58,533 nt of DNA from Octopus bimaculoides. Lineage: Eukaryota. Below the pieces are notes generated by a model, which saw only the letters and a program-made list of their open reading frames with translations, made no database searches and had not been told where the DNA came from. The DNA lies in assembly GCF_001194135.2 (NCBI RefSeq), contig NC_068981.1:173978843-174037375 (forward strand), given 5' to 3'. Each line of letters begins with the position of its first letter. The first letter of the stretch is position 1. Shown here piece after piece: positions 47,080 to 58,533 of this stretch. The translations under genes and the position numbers were made by a program.

Positions 47080-48644
47080 TTTTGGAATCNNNNNNNNNNN
47101 NNNNNNNNNNNNNNNNNNNNNNNNNNNNNNNNNNNNNNNNNNNNNNNNNNNNNNNNNNNNNNNNNNNNNNNNNNNNNNNNNNNNNNNNNNNNNNNNNNNN
47201 NNNNNNNNNNNNNNNNNNNNNNNNNNNNNNNNNNNNNNNNNNNNNNNNNNNNNNNNNNNNNNNNNNNNNNNNNNNNNNNNNNNNNNNNNNNNNNNNNNNN
47301 NNNNNNNNNNNNNNNNNNNNNNNNNNNNNNNNNNNNNNNNNNNNNNNNNNNNNNNNNNNNNNNNNNNNNNNNNNNNNNNNNNNNNNNNNNNNNNNNNNNN
47401 NNNNNNNNNNNNNNNNNNNNNNNNNNNNNNNNNNNNNNNNNNNNNNNNNNNNNNNNNNNNNNNNNNNNNNNNNNNNNNNNNNNNNNNNNNNNNNNNNNNN
47501 NNNNNNNNNNNNNNNNNNNNNNNNNNNNNNNNNNNNNNNNNNNNNNNNNNNNNNNNNNNNNNNNNNNNNNNNNNNNNNNNNNNNNNNNNNNNNNNNNNNN
47601 NNNNNNNNNNNNNNNNNNNNNNNNNNCCTATTGGCCTTAATTTCTCTATCTGTGCGTATTGGCATATCCCATAGTAGTGTTGCTTTCTCATTTTCTGTGA
47701 CCTTTTCTGGCGTGTACCTATACCATCTTTTTTCTGTTGTTATTCCATAGTGTTGGTATAGCTTCCAGTGTATGTGGGTCCCAACTCTGTCGTGTCTGTG
47801 AATATATTCCTTCTTAGCCAGACTGGGCAGCCAGAGACAATATGATTTATTGTTTCTTGTCCATCTCCACATATTCTGCAGTTACTTGTTAGGTTTCTTT
47901 TCGTTATATGTTTTTGGTAATTTCTGGTGGGAAGGCTTTGGTCTTGTGCTGCAATTAAAAATCCTTCAGCCCGTGCTTTGAGTCCTGACCTTCTCAGCTA
48001 TTGCTTGGATTTTGCTTTGTCTGTTTCTTTTGCATTACTTTAGCCCAGTATTTGCCATGAAGGGGCTTTTCTTGCCATCATTTTATCATGATCCGTTGCT
48101 GTTCTAGTTTTAATTTGGATTTTATTTGTTTTACAGCTTTTGTTGTTTCTTCATTTTCTTCATAGTTGTTAGGTCGTATGACTTCTTGTTTGTATTTGTC
48201 AGCTTCCTTAAAGGCTGAAAACAGTTTTTTTGTTTTGCTCGTGTTTTGTGACTATTTGTATTAGTTTTCCTTGCTCCTGAAGTAGGTATTTTTGCAGTCC
48301 TATGGTGTTTTTTTTGTAATAGTTTTCTAGCTGTATAAGGCCTCTACCACCTTCTATACGTTGTATATATAACCTTTCTATGTCAGATTTTGGGTGGTGC
48401 ATCCTAAATCCTGTCATTATTTTTCTTGTTTTCGTGTCTATTTTGATTAGTTTATTTAGTGTCCAGTTAAGGATATGGTAGCTGTAACTTATAACTGGGA
48501 CAGCTAAAGTGTTGATACCTATTATCTTGTTTTTCGCATTGAGCTCTGTTTTCAGTATTAATCTAACTCATCTATAGTATTCTATTTTTTATTTTCTCTT
48601 TCATTTGTGTGTGTTGTATCGTATCTAATTCATTGATTCCAAAA

Positions 48645-48646
<2 letters not shown>
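46871..48646 (-). mobile_element. 5'-truncated R4/Dong-clade non-LTR retrotransposon in (TAA)n microsatellite
   Basis: Peptides KYFGI...ILKTELNAKNKIIGINTLAVPV, HHPKSDIERLYIQRIEGGRGL, EYIHRHDRVGTHIHWKL...LLWDMPIRTDREIKANR and IQKIALLGTAHILRKTLS. (TAA)n tracts at both ends (46845-46870, 48647-48690), the established Dong target. Confidence 0.9.
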
Positions 48647-48691
<45 letters not shown>

Positions 48692-48719
48692 TTCTTGGCG
48701 TAGTTGATGTTATCATTGT

Positions 48720-48910
48720 TTAGAAGGCTAGCAGAATCGTTAGCGTGTCGGTCAAAATGCATAGCGAAATTGCTTCCGGTTCTTTACGTTCTCAGTTCAA
48801 ATCCCGCCCAGGTCAACTTTGCCTTTTATCCTTTCGGGGTCGATGAAATACCAGTACTAATGAAATACTGAAGTCAATGTAATCGACTTGCTGGCTTTGT
48901 ACCCAAATTA
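48720..48910 (+). mobile_element. Family M SINE
   Basis: Head gcagaatcgttagcg...cagttcaaatcccgcc and core tttgccttttatcctttcggggtcgatgaaatacc. Further copies at 49622-49850, 50775-50945 and 55930-56045 (-). Confidence 0.8.
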
Positions 48911-50001
48911 GAAAGAATTATTGCTTACCTCTAGGTCAGCCCTGATCAGGCAGAACTACAATCGAAAACGTCACTCTGAATATCTCATCTTTTCACGCAC
49001 AGTGTATCAATGCCGAGACGTCTTAATAACATTATAAGCCCCCGGACTATGCAGTGTACTGAGGTCTCTATTTACATAGACACAGCCTGCATAGATTATC
49101 ATTTGAGCTCTAGATCCGTGGGACTCCAACCCCAGGGGCAATTGTCCAGTGCGCCCATACTTTACGACTGCACTAATGGCTCAGCGTGGGCTTTGACCGC
49201 CCTTGAAGGAACTATATTAGCCGGCCGCTTCCTTACACGTAACATGCTTGCAATGTATATTGTTCCTCTCCACCTGAAAAAAGTGACCACCTTGTACAGT
49301 TCGCACACCCTACGCTTTGTCATTGGACAGCACCTTACCTATAACTACATTATATAATAAAATGCCCTCTCTTTTTAACACGGTTGGATGTAACTTAAAG
49401 GAGATTTGGTTGCTATGTCTAGCAAGTCTAGCGACTACGTAGTGTCGCCGAATTTTGACTCAGCGCTATCTTTCAAGCTGTAGTTACTCAACTTCGGGTG
49501 AGCTTTGAATGAGTAAACACCAATGATCAAATGAATTCCTGTTGCGTCTATAACCACTGTCTTTCAGTCTATCTTAGTTATATTTCAGGTCTTGTGCCTA
49601 TCGTAGAAAGAATTATTATCCTTAAGGCGGTAACTTGGCAGAATCGTTAGCGCACCGGAAAAAAGAGAAGAAAAAACTCTGCGACATTTCTTCTGGCTCT
49701 TTACGTTGAGTTCAAATACCGCCGAGGTCAACTTCGCCTTTCATTTTTTCTAGGTAGACGAAATAAAGTACCAGTCATGTACTGGAATTGATGTAATCGA
49801 CTTAGCCCTTCCTCTAAAATTACTGGCCGTGTTCTAAACTTTGAAACGATTACATTATATATTGGAGTTTTTGAACAACGTCGTTGTTTACAGGCTGGGT
49901 CAATCATCGCCTGATTGCAGCTTGATGCAGTAAGTGACAAAGAAGGTCACCGCTTTTCGGTTTCTCGATGTTGTTTATATCCTTTGCTGATATACATTGG
50001 C

Positions 50002-50044
<43 letters not shown>

Positions 50045-51499
50045 CGGGATTCTGCACTGTTTCCGTCGACCGAATTCCAAACATACTAACGAAGGCGCTT
50101 TCACGTGATATTTCGATCTGCTAGAAAGAGTAGTTAAAGCTCACCTAAATCACACTCTAACGTATTGGTTAAAAAACAAACAAACAAACAAAAAAATAAA
50201 GCTTGCGTGAGATGAAATAATGTGGTCTTGGGATCTCTGTCCACTGGAAAAAGATGGAATGGTCACGGCAGGAATGCAGGTCAAGCGACCACGAAGAGAT
50301 ATCTTGCTGCTAATGCTGCAGGTATTATGTTGTTGCTTTGTCTAAGAACTGGTCTTGTGTCCTGCCCCGCCTCCTAATGGTGATAAGTTTATTGTTGATC
50401 TTGTTTGTATCTGCTATGGGCAACTATTATGTGGTATCTGTTATTGTTGTTGTTGTTGTTATGTAACCCCAGGTCAACTCCAAATATGCAGACAGACATG
50501 AAAAGGTGTTCCAGTTATGTCCATCCCAGCTTCTTTCTCGCCGCAATGATCCCAGATCGATATCATTTAACACATTCTTTTCTAAGAGAGCAAGGTGCAA
50601 CTGGAGAAAGATTTTGCTATTATTTCTAGCAAATGACGCTACCACAAAAGGCCCATTAATTTCTGTGTTATTTCTCTTCCCGGTTTCGTTTCCTTTTTTT
50701 TTTCTTTCTTTTCGCTACTGTCACTTTCATTTTCGAGTTTTCGCACCTACATCGAAATGGCGACAAAAGAACTCTACAGCTGCTTTGCGGCATTTCTTTC
50801 ACCTCTTTACATTCAGCTTCAAATCCCGCCGAGGTCAATCTTACTTTTCATCCCTCCAGGGTCGATAAAATAAAGTTCCGGTCAAGTACTGAGCCGATGT
50901 TATCGCCTAACCCACCCTTCTAAAAATTTCTAGCGCCGAGTCTAAATTAAAGCAATTACTGACGCTTCTATAATATCCTCAAGTCGACACAAGAAACTGA
51001 AACATTCGACACCTTTACACCGCTGTCGCTTGTTACAGAGGTCACCCTTCCATTTTATGGTGTCTAATTTACAGCTCGGTAGACCTGGGACCTTTAGAAG
51101 TTGAGACTCGGTATTTAAATAAATATGCAAACTCGTCTGCAGTTCGGCTGGTTGTTTCAATGTCCTTCGCTATTCGCTTCGCTTCTGTTGTTGTTATTGT
51201 TATTACTGTCGCTGTTTATTTAACGACTCCCACTCCGTCGGTGTGTTATGATTTATGATAGAACCGACTTATAGTCTCAAAGATGTTCTATCCCTGTCCA
51301 TCGTGTCCGTCGCCAAATCCTCTAGCATGCTGCACCAAGGGCCACATTATCTAAAGTAACACCCCACCACCTTCATTTTTTCTTTCTTTAAAGACAGAAG
51401 TATATAGCTTAAAGGAAATTTGGCTGCGATTTCTAGCAATTAGTAGAGGCTCTCCGACGATATTATAGATACTACTACCACCACACACACACATTGTTG

Positions 51500-51900
51500 G
51501 TGTTGCTGTGTGCTTAAAGACAGATTTACTGCTGCTAATATTCAACGCAGCTGGTGCTACTCGTACTGCTGCTGTCGGTCCTATCATACACCTAAATTGT
51601 TGCTGCTGCTGCTACTGCTACTCTATATCTACTGCAGATATTATTGTTATTACTGTTTATTGCTGTCGTGTGTTACTGTTACCGCTTCAACGGATGCTGC
51701 TGTTCTTGCTGCTACTGTTGCTGCTGTTATTTGCAGTTGCTGTTACCACCACTGCTGCCACCGCTGCTGCTACTGTTGCTGCTACTGCTGTAGCTGCTAG
51801 TGTTGACAAGCGGAGCTGTGGCGGTCATCCGTCAATCGTCAAAAATCCCGCTGATGGCGATGGTGTTGGATTGTTGTTGTTATTGTTGTTTTATCGTAAC
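51500..51900. repeat. Degenerate (CTG/TTG/CTA)n trinucleotide repeat
   Basis: gctgctgctgctactgctac...gctgctactgttgctgctgtt; produces spurious Leu/Cys/Ala ORFs. Confidence 0.85.
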
Positions 51901-52119
51901 CGTTGTTCAACCGACTAATGACAATCAGTCACGCTGCAGTGAATCTTACACCGGGAATAACTAAAAACTACTCTGTCCTCTCCACTGCTTCGTATATCAT
52001 TTATGCCGTTGTATTATCCGATTAGAGAGAGAGAGAGAGAGAGAGAGAAAGAAACTAAGGTACGTATGGCTAGTATTACTTGCCTTTTTACAGTTTTCAC
52101 TTAAAAATCCGATTTTCAC

Positions 52120-53163
52120 ATTACATCACATAACGTCATCGATGTTTTAGATTTACAGTATCTTTTTTGTTGTTTTGTTCGTTCTATGATTTCATTTTCT
52201 CTCTTCTTTCCGAACACACACACACACACACACACACACACTGATATATACATACAAACAGACATACGATGCATACACATATACACACATAAACACATAC
52301 ATATACAGACACGCACGCACACACACACACATACATATATGCATCGATACATAGATGCTTGTAAACACAGATGCATAGCTGCTTATACTCACAGATACAT
52401 ATATGCATACACGCACGTACACACACACATACAAACACATACACACACACAAGTACAAGCAAACAAATACATGTACATTATATATAAACCGTGATTTGTT
52501 TGAATTATGCGGTGTATTTACGCTTTGCTGTCCAAACCCCAGACGACCCTTGACCTATGACGAAAGGTAGTTCATCTTTTAGCTGTCTGTCTTATCTTAA
52601 CTAAACCATGTAACGTATCATTTGCTTATTTTAGGCCGTAAGATGCAGTACGAGGATTTGGCTGTTATCGAGCGATCTCTCAGAAGGTCTTATGTAGTAT
52701 TGTATAGTTTAGCAGTGAAGTGTAATGTAGTGTATTTCTGCCGTCTTTAGGTAGATATAGATAGAGACACACTGTTGTATGTGTGTGTATTTCTATCTGT
52801 GTATATGTATACGTGGTGTGTGTATGTGTGCGTGTGTAAATGTGTGCGGGTGAGTTAATAGTTCACTTGATAAGCCCAGTAGTAAGATCTGTGTTTACAT
52901 TTTTTGTGTCTGCATGTGTGTGTGTGTGTGTGTGTGTGTGTGATATGTTGTTTCTAAGCATACGTTTGTTGTTTGGTGCTGTTATTCAGCCCCAGGTCAG
53001 CTCTAAGCGGACACACCCTATCAAAAACGTCATTACAGGCATGACTACCCTGCCTTTAGTCATACATAGCATATGTATAATATATATATATATACATACA
53101 TACATACAATACACAAACTCGTACACACATACACACAGTAATACACACATATATAATGCATAA

Positions 53164-53207
<44 letters not shown>

Positions 53208-53227
53208 AATCTATCTATCTACATATA

Positions 53228-53303
<76 letters not shown>

Positions 53304-53320
53304 TGTGTGTGTGTGTTTAG
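52120..53320. repeat. Compound (CA)n/(TA)n/(CTAT)n microsatellite cluster
   Basis: Directly visible; includes a long (TA)n at ~53240-53300 and (ctat)n at ~53165-53220. Confidence 0.9.
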
Positions 53321-53869
53321 AACTACATTGTCTGTGTCCTGCTTTTTTTAACGTCATGTGTGATTTGAGTGAGACATAGCTGCTATTTCTAGCAAATCAA
53401 GCGGCTTCGTAGAGACAGGGCCTCGTTGATGTATACGGTAACTGTGTTTACATGCATGTGCATTTGTTTGTATTTGAGTGCGTGGGTTGTTTTTGCAGTT
53501 GTTTAACCATGATCGAGCCGACCCATGATCAAAGACTATCCTGTTGCTTTTTATCTTTTTTTCTTCTTTTCTTTTTGTATATCAGAGACAACATTGTTTT
53601 ATGTAACCTTTTTTTCTTCGCCTGCGTGGATTTGACGCGTCAGGTGAAATATCGCTCCTAATGTTTATTTCGGTATGAGCAGTCTAACTGAGACTATCCC
53701 CGTATTTATTTCAGGCTATCTAGATCTATGTCTTTCATTGTTAACGACGGTAGGATGTAATTTGAACGAGACATGGCTGCTATTTCTAGTAGGTCGAGTG
53801 ACCACGTAGTGGTTCTCCCTTTCATTTGCTAAGACGTGTGTGTGTGTGTGTGTGTGTGTGTTGAGTGAT

Positions 53870-54790
53870 GTATTGGTATATGTCTGCATGTATCTTTCTT
53901 TTATTTTTCTTTTCTTTTCACTTGCTTCAGTCATTTGACAACAACCTTGCTGGGGCGGGGCACCGCCTTAAAGAGTTTTAGTCGAACAAATCGACCGCGG
54001 AACTTATTTCTTAAGCCTAGTAATAATTCTATCGGTTTCTTTGACGAATCGCTAGGTCACAGGGACATAAACTCACGAACACCGGTTGTCAAGCAGTGGT
54101 GGGGNNNNNNNNNNNNNNNNNNNNNNNNNNNNNNNNNNNNNNNNNNNNNNNNNNNNNNNNNNNNNNNNNNNNNNNNNNNNNNNNNNNNNNNNNNNNNNNN
54201 NNNNNNNNNNNNNNNNNNNNNNNNNNNNNNNNNNNNNNNNNNNNNNNNNNNNNNNNNNNNNNNNNNNNNNNNNNNNNNNNNNNNNNNNNNNNNNNNNNNN
54301 NNNNNNNNNNNNNNNNNNNNNNNNNNNNNNNNNNNNNNNNNNNNNNNNNNNNNNNNNNNNNNNNNNNNNNNNNNNNNNNNNNNNNNNNNNNNNNNNNNNN
54401 NNNNNNNNNNNNNNNNNNNNTAGCATGCCGGGCGAAATGCTTAGCGGTATTTCGTCTGCCGCTACGTTCTGAGTTCAAATTCCGCCGAGGTTGACTTTCC
54501 CTTTCATCCTTTCGGGGTCGATTAAATAAGTACCAGTTACGCACTGGGGTCGATATAATCGACTTAATCCGTTTGTCTGTCTTTGTTTGTCCCCTCTGTG
54601 TGTAGCCCGTTGTGGGTAGTAAAGAAATAACACACACGACGAGCTTCTTCCAGTTTCCGTCTACAAAATTCACTCAAGGTTTTGGTCAGCTCGAGGCTAG
54701 AGTAGAAGGCACTTGCCCAAGGTGTCACGCAGTGGGACTGAACTCGGAACCGTGTGGTTGGGAAGCCAGCTTCTTATCACACAGCCGCGC
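53870..54790 (-). mobile_element. Family A SINE (-) interrupted at its CA tract by a family M SINE
   Basis: Reverse tail cttgcttcagtcatttgac at ~53920 and reverse head cccaaggtgtcacgcagtgggactgaactcgg...cacacagccgcgcc at 54715-54790. Confidence 0.8.
54421..54628 (+). mobile_element. Young family M SINE variant carrying an L1/Tx1-type tail
   Basis: Head remnant ...gcttagcggtatttcgtctgcc, family M core, then tail tctgtgtgtagcccgttgtgggtagtaaagaaat. Confidence 0.85.
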
Positions 54791-56469
54791 CTGTTATAGT
54801 GCAGTGTGCTTGTAAATGTGTCCGTGGGTGCACGTGTGCCTCTGTGCTGTCCCGTGTGTGAGGCGTCCAGTGATACCCCACCCCACTTCATATATAAATG
54901 CACATGCGAGTGAACGCGTATGTGTGTGAGTGTATTGAGAGTAGTTAACAGGATAGGTTGTGTGAAGGATACGGTACAGTGTATGTGTGTAATAAATTTA
55001 CCGGACACCATGTTTGTATGTATGTGTCTATGTATGAGTGTGTGTGTTTGTGTGTGTGGTGATTCAGCTTGTGATTGTACATGTATGGATGAGAGCGCGC
55101 GCGAGTGTGTGTGTGTGTGTGTGTGTAAGTTTATATGTTTATGCGTACGAATGTATGTATGTGCGTAAATGTGTGCTTATATGTAGGTGTTTTTTTTAAT
55201 GTTACACGCATGTGTGTGTGATTGTGTGTGTATGTACGTATATGTACGTAAACGTGTTTGTTTATATGCAGGTGTTATATGCACAAATGTATGTGTGCAT
55301 GCGTGTGAGTGTGTGTGTGTTGTGCACGTGTTTGTGTGTGTGCGTAAGTGAACGTATGTGTGTACATGTGAGTTGGGTCGTTATCTCTTTATCACTTAAT
55401 TAACAAATCAGCCAGTCGGTTGTCAATTTGCCCGATCAGCCTGTATACAAGTACGGAAAGTCGATATTTATTCACCTCTCTACATTCTGAGCTCAAATCC
55501 CTCTGAGGTCAACTTTGTCTATTGTCCTTCCACAGTCTTTTAAAAATCGTACTAATTAAGTTAATCAACGTTAATTGGTTGGTAGCATCGTTAGAACATC
55601 GAACAATGTTTGCAGTTATTCACTTACGACTCTTTACGTTTAAATACTAGCACACTTAACTTTGCCTTTCATTCTCCTGGGGTCAATTAAATTAAGTACC
55701 AGTCATGTACTGAGGCCGATTTGGATTGAATTGGATTTACTAGGTTCAGTCCACAGCTGGACGAAAGCCACAACATGTTTTCTCCATCAACCATGGTTTG
55801 ATGAGGAAGACGTGAACTCGAGCCTGAGATCATACTGGTTTGATGAGTCCACTCTAACACACTGGCTCGACATGGCTTGGCAGAAGGGTGCAGTTTTTAT
55901 ACTCTTACTCAGGAGTAGTTGAGTCGATTACACTGACCCCCCCCCCAATGCTCAACTGGTACCTATTTTGTCGACCCCGAAAGGATAAATGACAAAGTCA
56001 GCCTCGACGGAATTTGAACTCAGAACGTACAGACAGACAAAATACCGCACTAGTTAGGCGTCCAGTTCAGAAAGTCTTGCGGGCTGCACTTTGCCCATGA
56101 CTAGTTTATGAGAAGGGTGGTGGGGGCGGTGATGATGCAGGGGTCGCATCTAAATCTGAGTTTTTCCTGGAGTCTCACAAAATGTTTGCCTATATTGAAG
56201 ATTAGCATTTACGGAAGGGAAGTACTGGGAGAATTAAAAAAGAAAAAACCCTCAGCGAAAAACAAACTCTGTGGTCCCCGATAATATTTCTTTCACACTC
56301 TCTACTTTACAGTGTTTAGTTACACCCCTTTCTGGGTTCAAATCCCATCGCGGTCGACTTCCTTTTTTTATTCTTTAAGAGTCAAGAAAATAATTGGCAG
56401 TTGCTTATATCCATTACCCAAATTCCTTACTTTTTATCGACATTAAGTTCTAAGGTTGTCTTATCTCCC

Positions 56470-56945
56470 CGTCGGTTACGAAAACGAGTATTCCAGTTGA
56501 TACGATCAACCGAACACCCTGCTTGTGAAATTAACGTACAAATGGCTGAGAACTCCCTAGTTCTCAAGGAGATTCAGCGTGACACAGTGTGACAAATCTG
56601 GCCCTTTGAAATACAGGTACTACTCATTTTTGTCAGTGGACTGGAAGAATGAGAAATAAATTATCTTGCTCAAGGACATAACACACCGCCGGGAATCGAA
56701 CTCGCAACCTTATGATCGTGAGCCGAATACCATAGCCACTAAGCTACGTGCGTAGCTTAGTGGTAAGGGGGGTTGCATTTGTAGTCGTAGTATTGTGGTT
56801 TCGATTCCTGGAGCGGGCGATGCGTTGTGTTCTTTTTTTTTTTGTCAAAAGAAATTTTTTTCTAGTTATGCACCTGAGCATTGTATACAACAAGTTCATT
56901 ATATATTATATATTTCACGTTGCTCCAGATCACTCAGCTGGCAAA
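56470..56945. mobile_element. Two family O-type SINEs fused head-to-head (56470-56750 minus; 56750-56945 plus)
   Basis: Minus copy: gcacgtagcttagtggctatggtattcggctcacgatc...gagttcgattcccggcgg. Plus copy: gcgtagcttagtggtaag...ggtttcgattcctgg...ccagatcactcagctggcaaaaatga. Confidence 0.8.
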
Positions 56946-57310
56946 AATGAATAATCTTCTGATCCGAGAAACCGGCCCTATGAACTAATGGTTTGGCAAG
57001 GATCTAAGCTGGTAAAACAGTGGACACAGAAGAGCGTTGGGCAAAATATCTTACAATCAGGTGTTCTGACTTCGTGGTGGTAGTAGGTCCGAAGCTTTCC
57101 CGGGATATAAAGAAAAATTACGGATATTGAAGGCTCGTATTTTGGGAAGGTGAACCCCGAAAGAAACCTTGCATCCCTGGTAAAATTACTCGCAGAAATC
57201 CTGTCTGTGCTATTTAGTTATGTCCATTCCCTATTCGTTTGGGTTTAAAATTTGGCCAGAGTCGACCTGGTATTCATCACGGCTGTGTCGATAAAATAAG
57301 TAGCTGGCAA

Positions 57311-57630
57311 TGGGAGGCGCAATGGCCCAGTGGTTAGGGCAGAGTACTCGCGGTCGTAGGATCGCGGTTTCAATTCCCAGACCGGGCGTTGTGTGTGTTT
57401 ATTGAGCGAAAACACCTAAAGCGCCACGAGGCTCCGGCAGGGTGTGGTGGCGACCCCTGTTGTACTCTTTCGCCCCAACTTTCTCTCACTCTTACTTCCT
57501 GTTTCTTGAGTAACGCTGCGATGGACTGGCGTCCCATCCAACTGAGGGGAACACATACGCCACAGAAACCGGGAAACCGGGCCCATGAGCCTGGCTAGGC
57601 TTTGAAAGGGCGCATAAATAAATAAATAAA
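57311..57630 (+). mobile_element. Family O SINE, full length, with V-domain-like tail and (TAAA)n end
   Basis: Family O head and middle followed by gctgcgatggactggcgtcccatcc...cacagaaaccgggaaaccggg...(taaa)n. Confidence 0.85.
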
Positions 57631-57794
57631 AACATAAAAATGGGTTAAATAGTCTTATTCTCCTGCTGGTCTATATATGTGGCCCTGTGCTTGTGTTAGA
57701 AACCATCGTTATTATTAGCACCACAACGGCAGAGTCATCGCCGATTAGAGTCGATGTCAGCCGTAGTATTTACCTACCAGCCCGTTATTATTCA

Positions 57795-58139
57795 AACAGA
57801 GAGAGAGAGAGAGAGAGAGGGAGGGACAGAGAGAGAGAGAGGGAGAGAGAGGGAGAGAGAGAGGGAGGGAGAGCACAAGGTTATTTTATGAGAAGTAGCT
57901 ATAGTTGTTTGTGAGCTTGTATATAGTACATTTCGCTACGAGAATAACCTTCTGCATTCATTCAATTCTGTACTACTTCCTGGTACTGGAATATTTTTAG
58001 ATCATGAGGTCCTTCTTGGGTGTCCCCATCGTTGTGTGTGTGTGTGTGCGAGCGCGTGCGTATGTAAATATATATATACATATATATATAATATATATAT
58101 AAACACATATGTATAAACGTATATATATGTGTGTGTGTG

Positions 58140-58181
<42 letters not shown>

Positions 58182-58223
58182 NNNNNNNNNNNNNNNNNNN
58201 ATATATATGTATAAATGTACATA

Positions 58224-58255
<32 letters not shown>

Positions 58256-58480
58256 CACACACATATATATGTATAAATGTGTGTATATATATATATATGT
58301 GTACGTATGTATATATATATATATGTATACACATATATGTGTGTGTGTGCATATGCATAAGTATATATTATATATGCATGTGTATATATATATATTTCTA
58401 TGTATATATATAATGTGTGTGTGTATGTATATGTATATATATATAGATGTATACGCACATATATACACACATGCATAGTG
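57795..58480. repeat. (GA)n and long (TA/TG)n microsatellite arrays
   Basis: Directly visible. Confidence 0.9.
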
Positions 58481-58533
58481 CACTGATTAGAGAGATGGAT
58501 CGAGCATAGTATTTCGGAGGTGGGGTGGGGTGT

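Noticed and set aside
2741-55403. Long ORFs in the supplied track that span N runs or consist of VC/HT/YI/IIII repeats
   Set aside because: Artefacts of assembly gaps and (TG)n/(TA)n/(GAT)n microsatellites; no splice context or domain content.
30533-57400. tRNA-like sequences (ggcgcaatggcccagtggttaggg..., ggcgagctggcagaatcgttagc...)
   Set aside because: These are SINE heads continuing directly into SINE bodies, with no complete cloverleaf or acceptor stem; not tRNA genes.

Overview
Eukaryotic, repeat-dense draft-assembly sequence with many N gaps. The SINE families, microsatellites and gene content point to an octopus (coleoid cephalopod) genome; this is inferred from recalled repeat consensuses, not from a search. 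The only host gene I can support is the 3' end of a CCHCR1 (coiled-coil alpha-helical rod protein 1/HCR) orthologue on the + strand. It has five visible GT-AG exons (1848-1918, 15354-15455, 17477-17628, 19720-19894, 24607-24698 with stop). A phase mismatch shows that at least one exon is missing between the first two. Its introns and the following ~34 kb hold tRNA-derived SINEs of several modular families, RTE and R4/Dong-type LINE fragments, mariner, hAT and piggyBac-type MITEs, a Helitron, a Helentron-type HINE, a deleted Gypsy element and a decayed hAT transposase. The most notable structure is at 43647-45654. A complete, nearly intact retroelement encoding only an ORF1-like protein (RRM-like region plus CCHC knuckle, no reverse transcriptase) sits inside a SINE head with a 6-bp target duplication (CGGTAT). 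A SINE copy at 54421-54628 carries both that target site and the same 3' tail, which suggests a LINE/half-LINE/SINE system that targets its own SINE. Other points: two RLE-LINE ends abutting (CATA)n tracts, a CpG-depletion boundary near 28-29 kb, a 200-bp intronic foldback, an octamer/CCAAT inverted repeat, and a head-to-head SINE fusion. No rRNA, genuine tRNA, CRISPR or prokaryotic features were seen. Most ORFs in the supplied track are artefacts of N runs or microsatellites.
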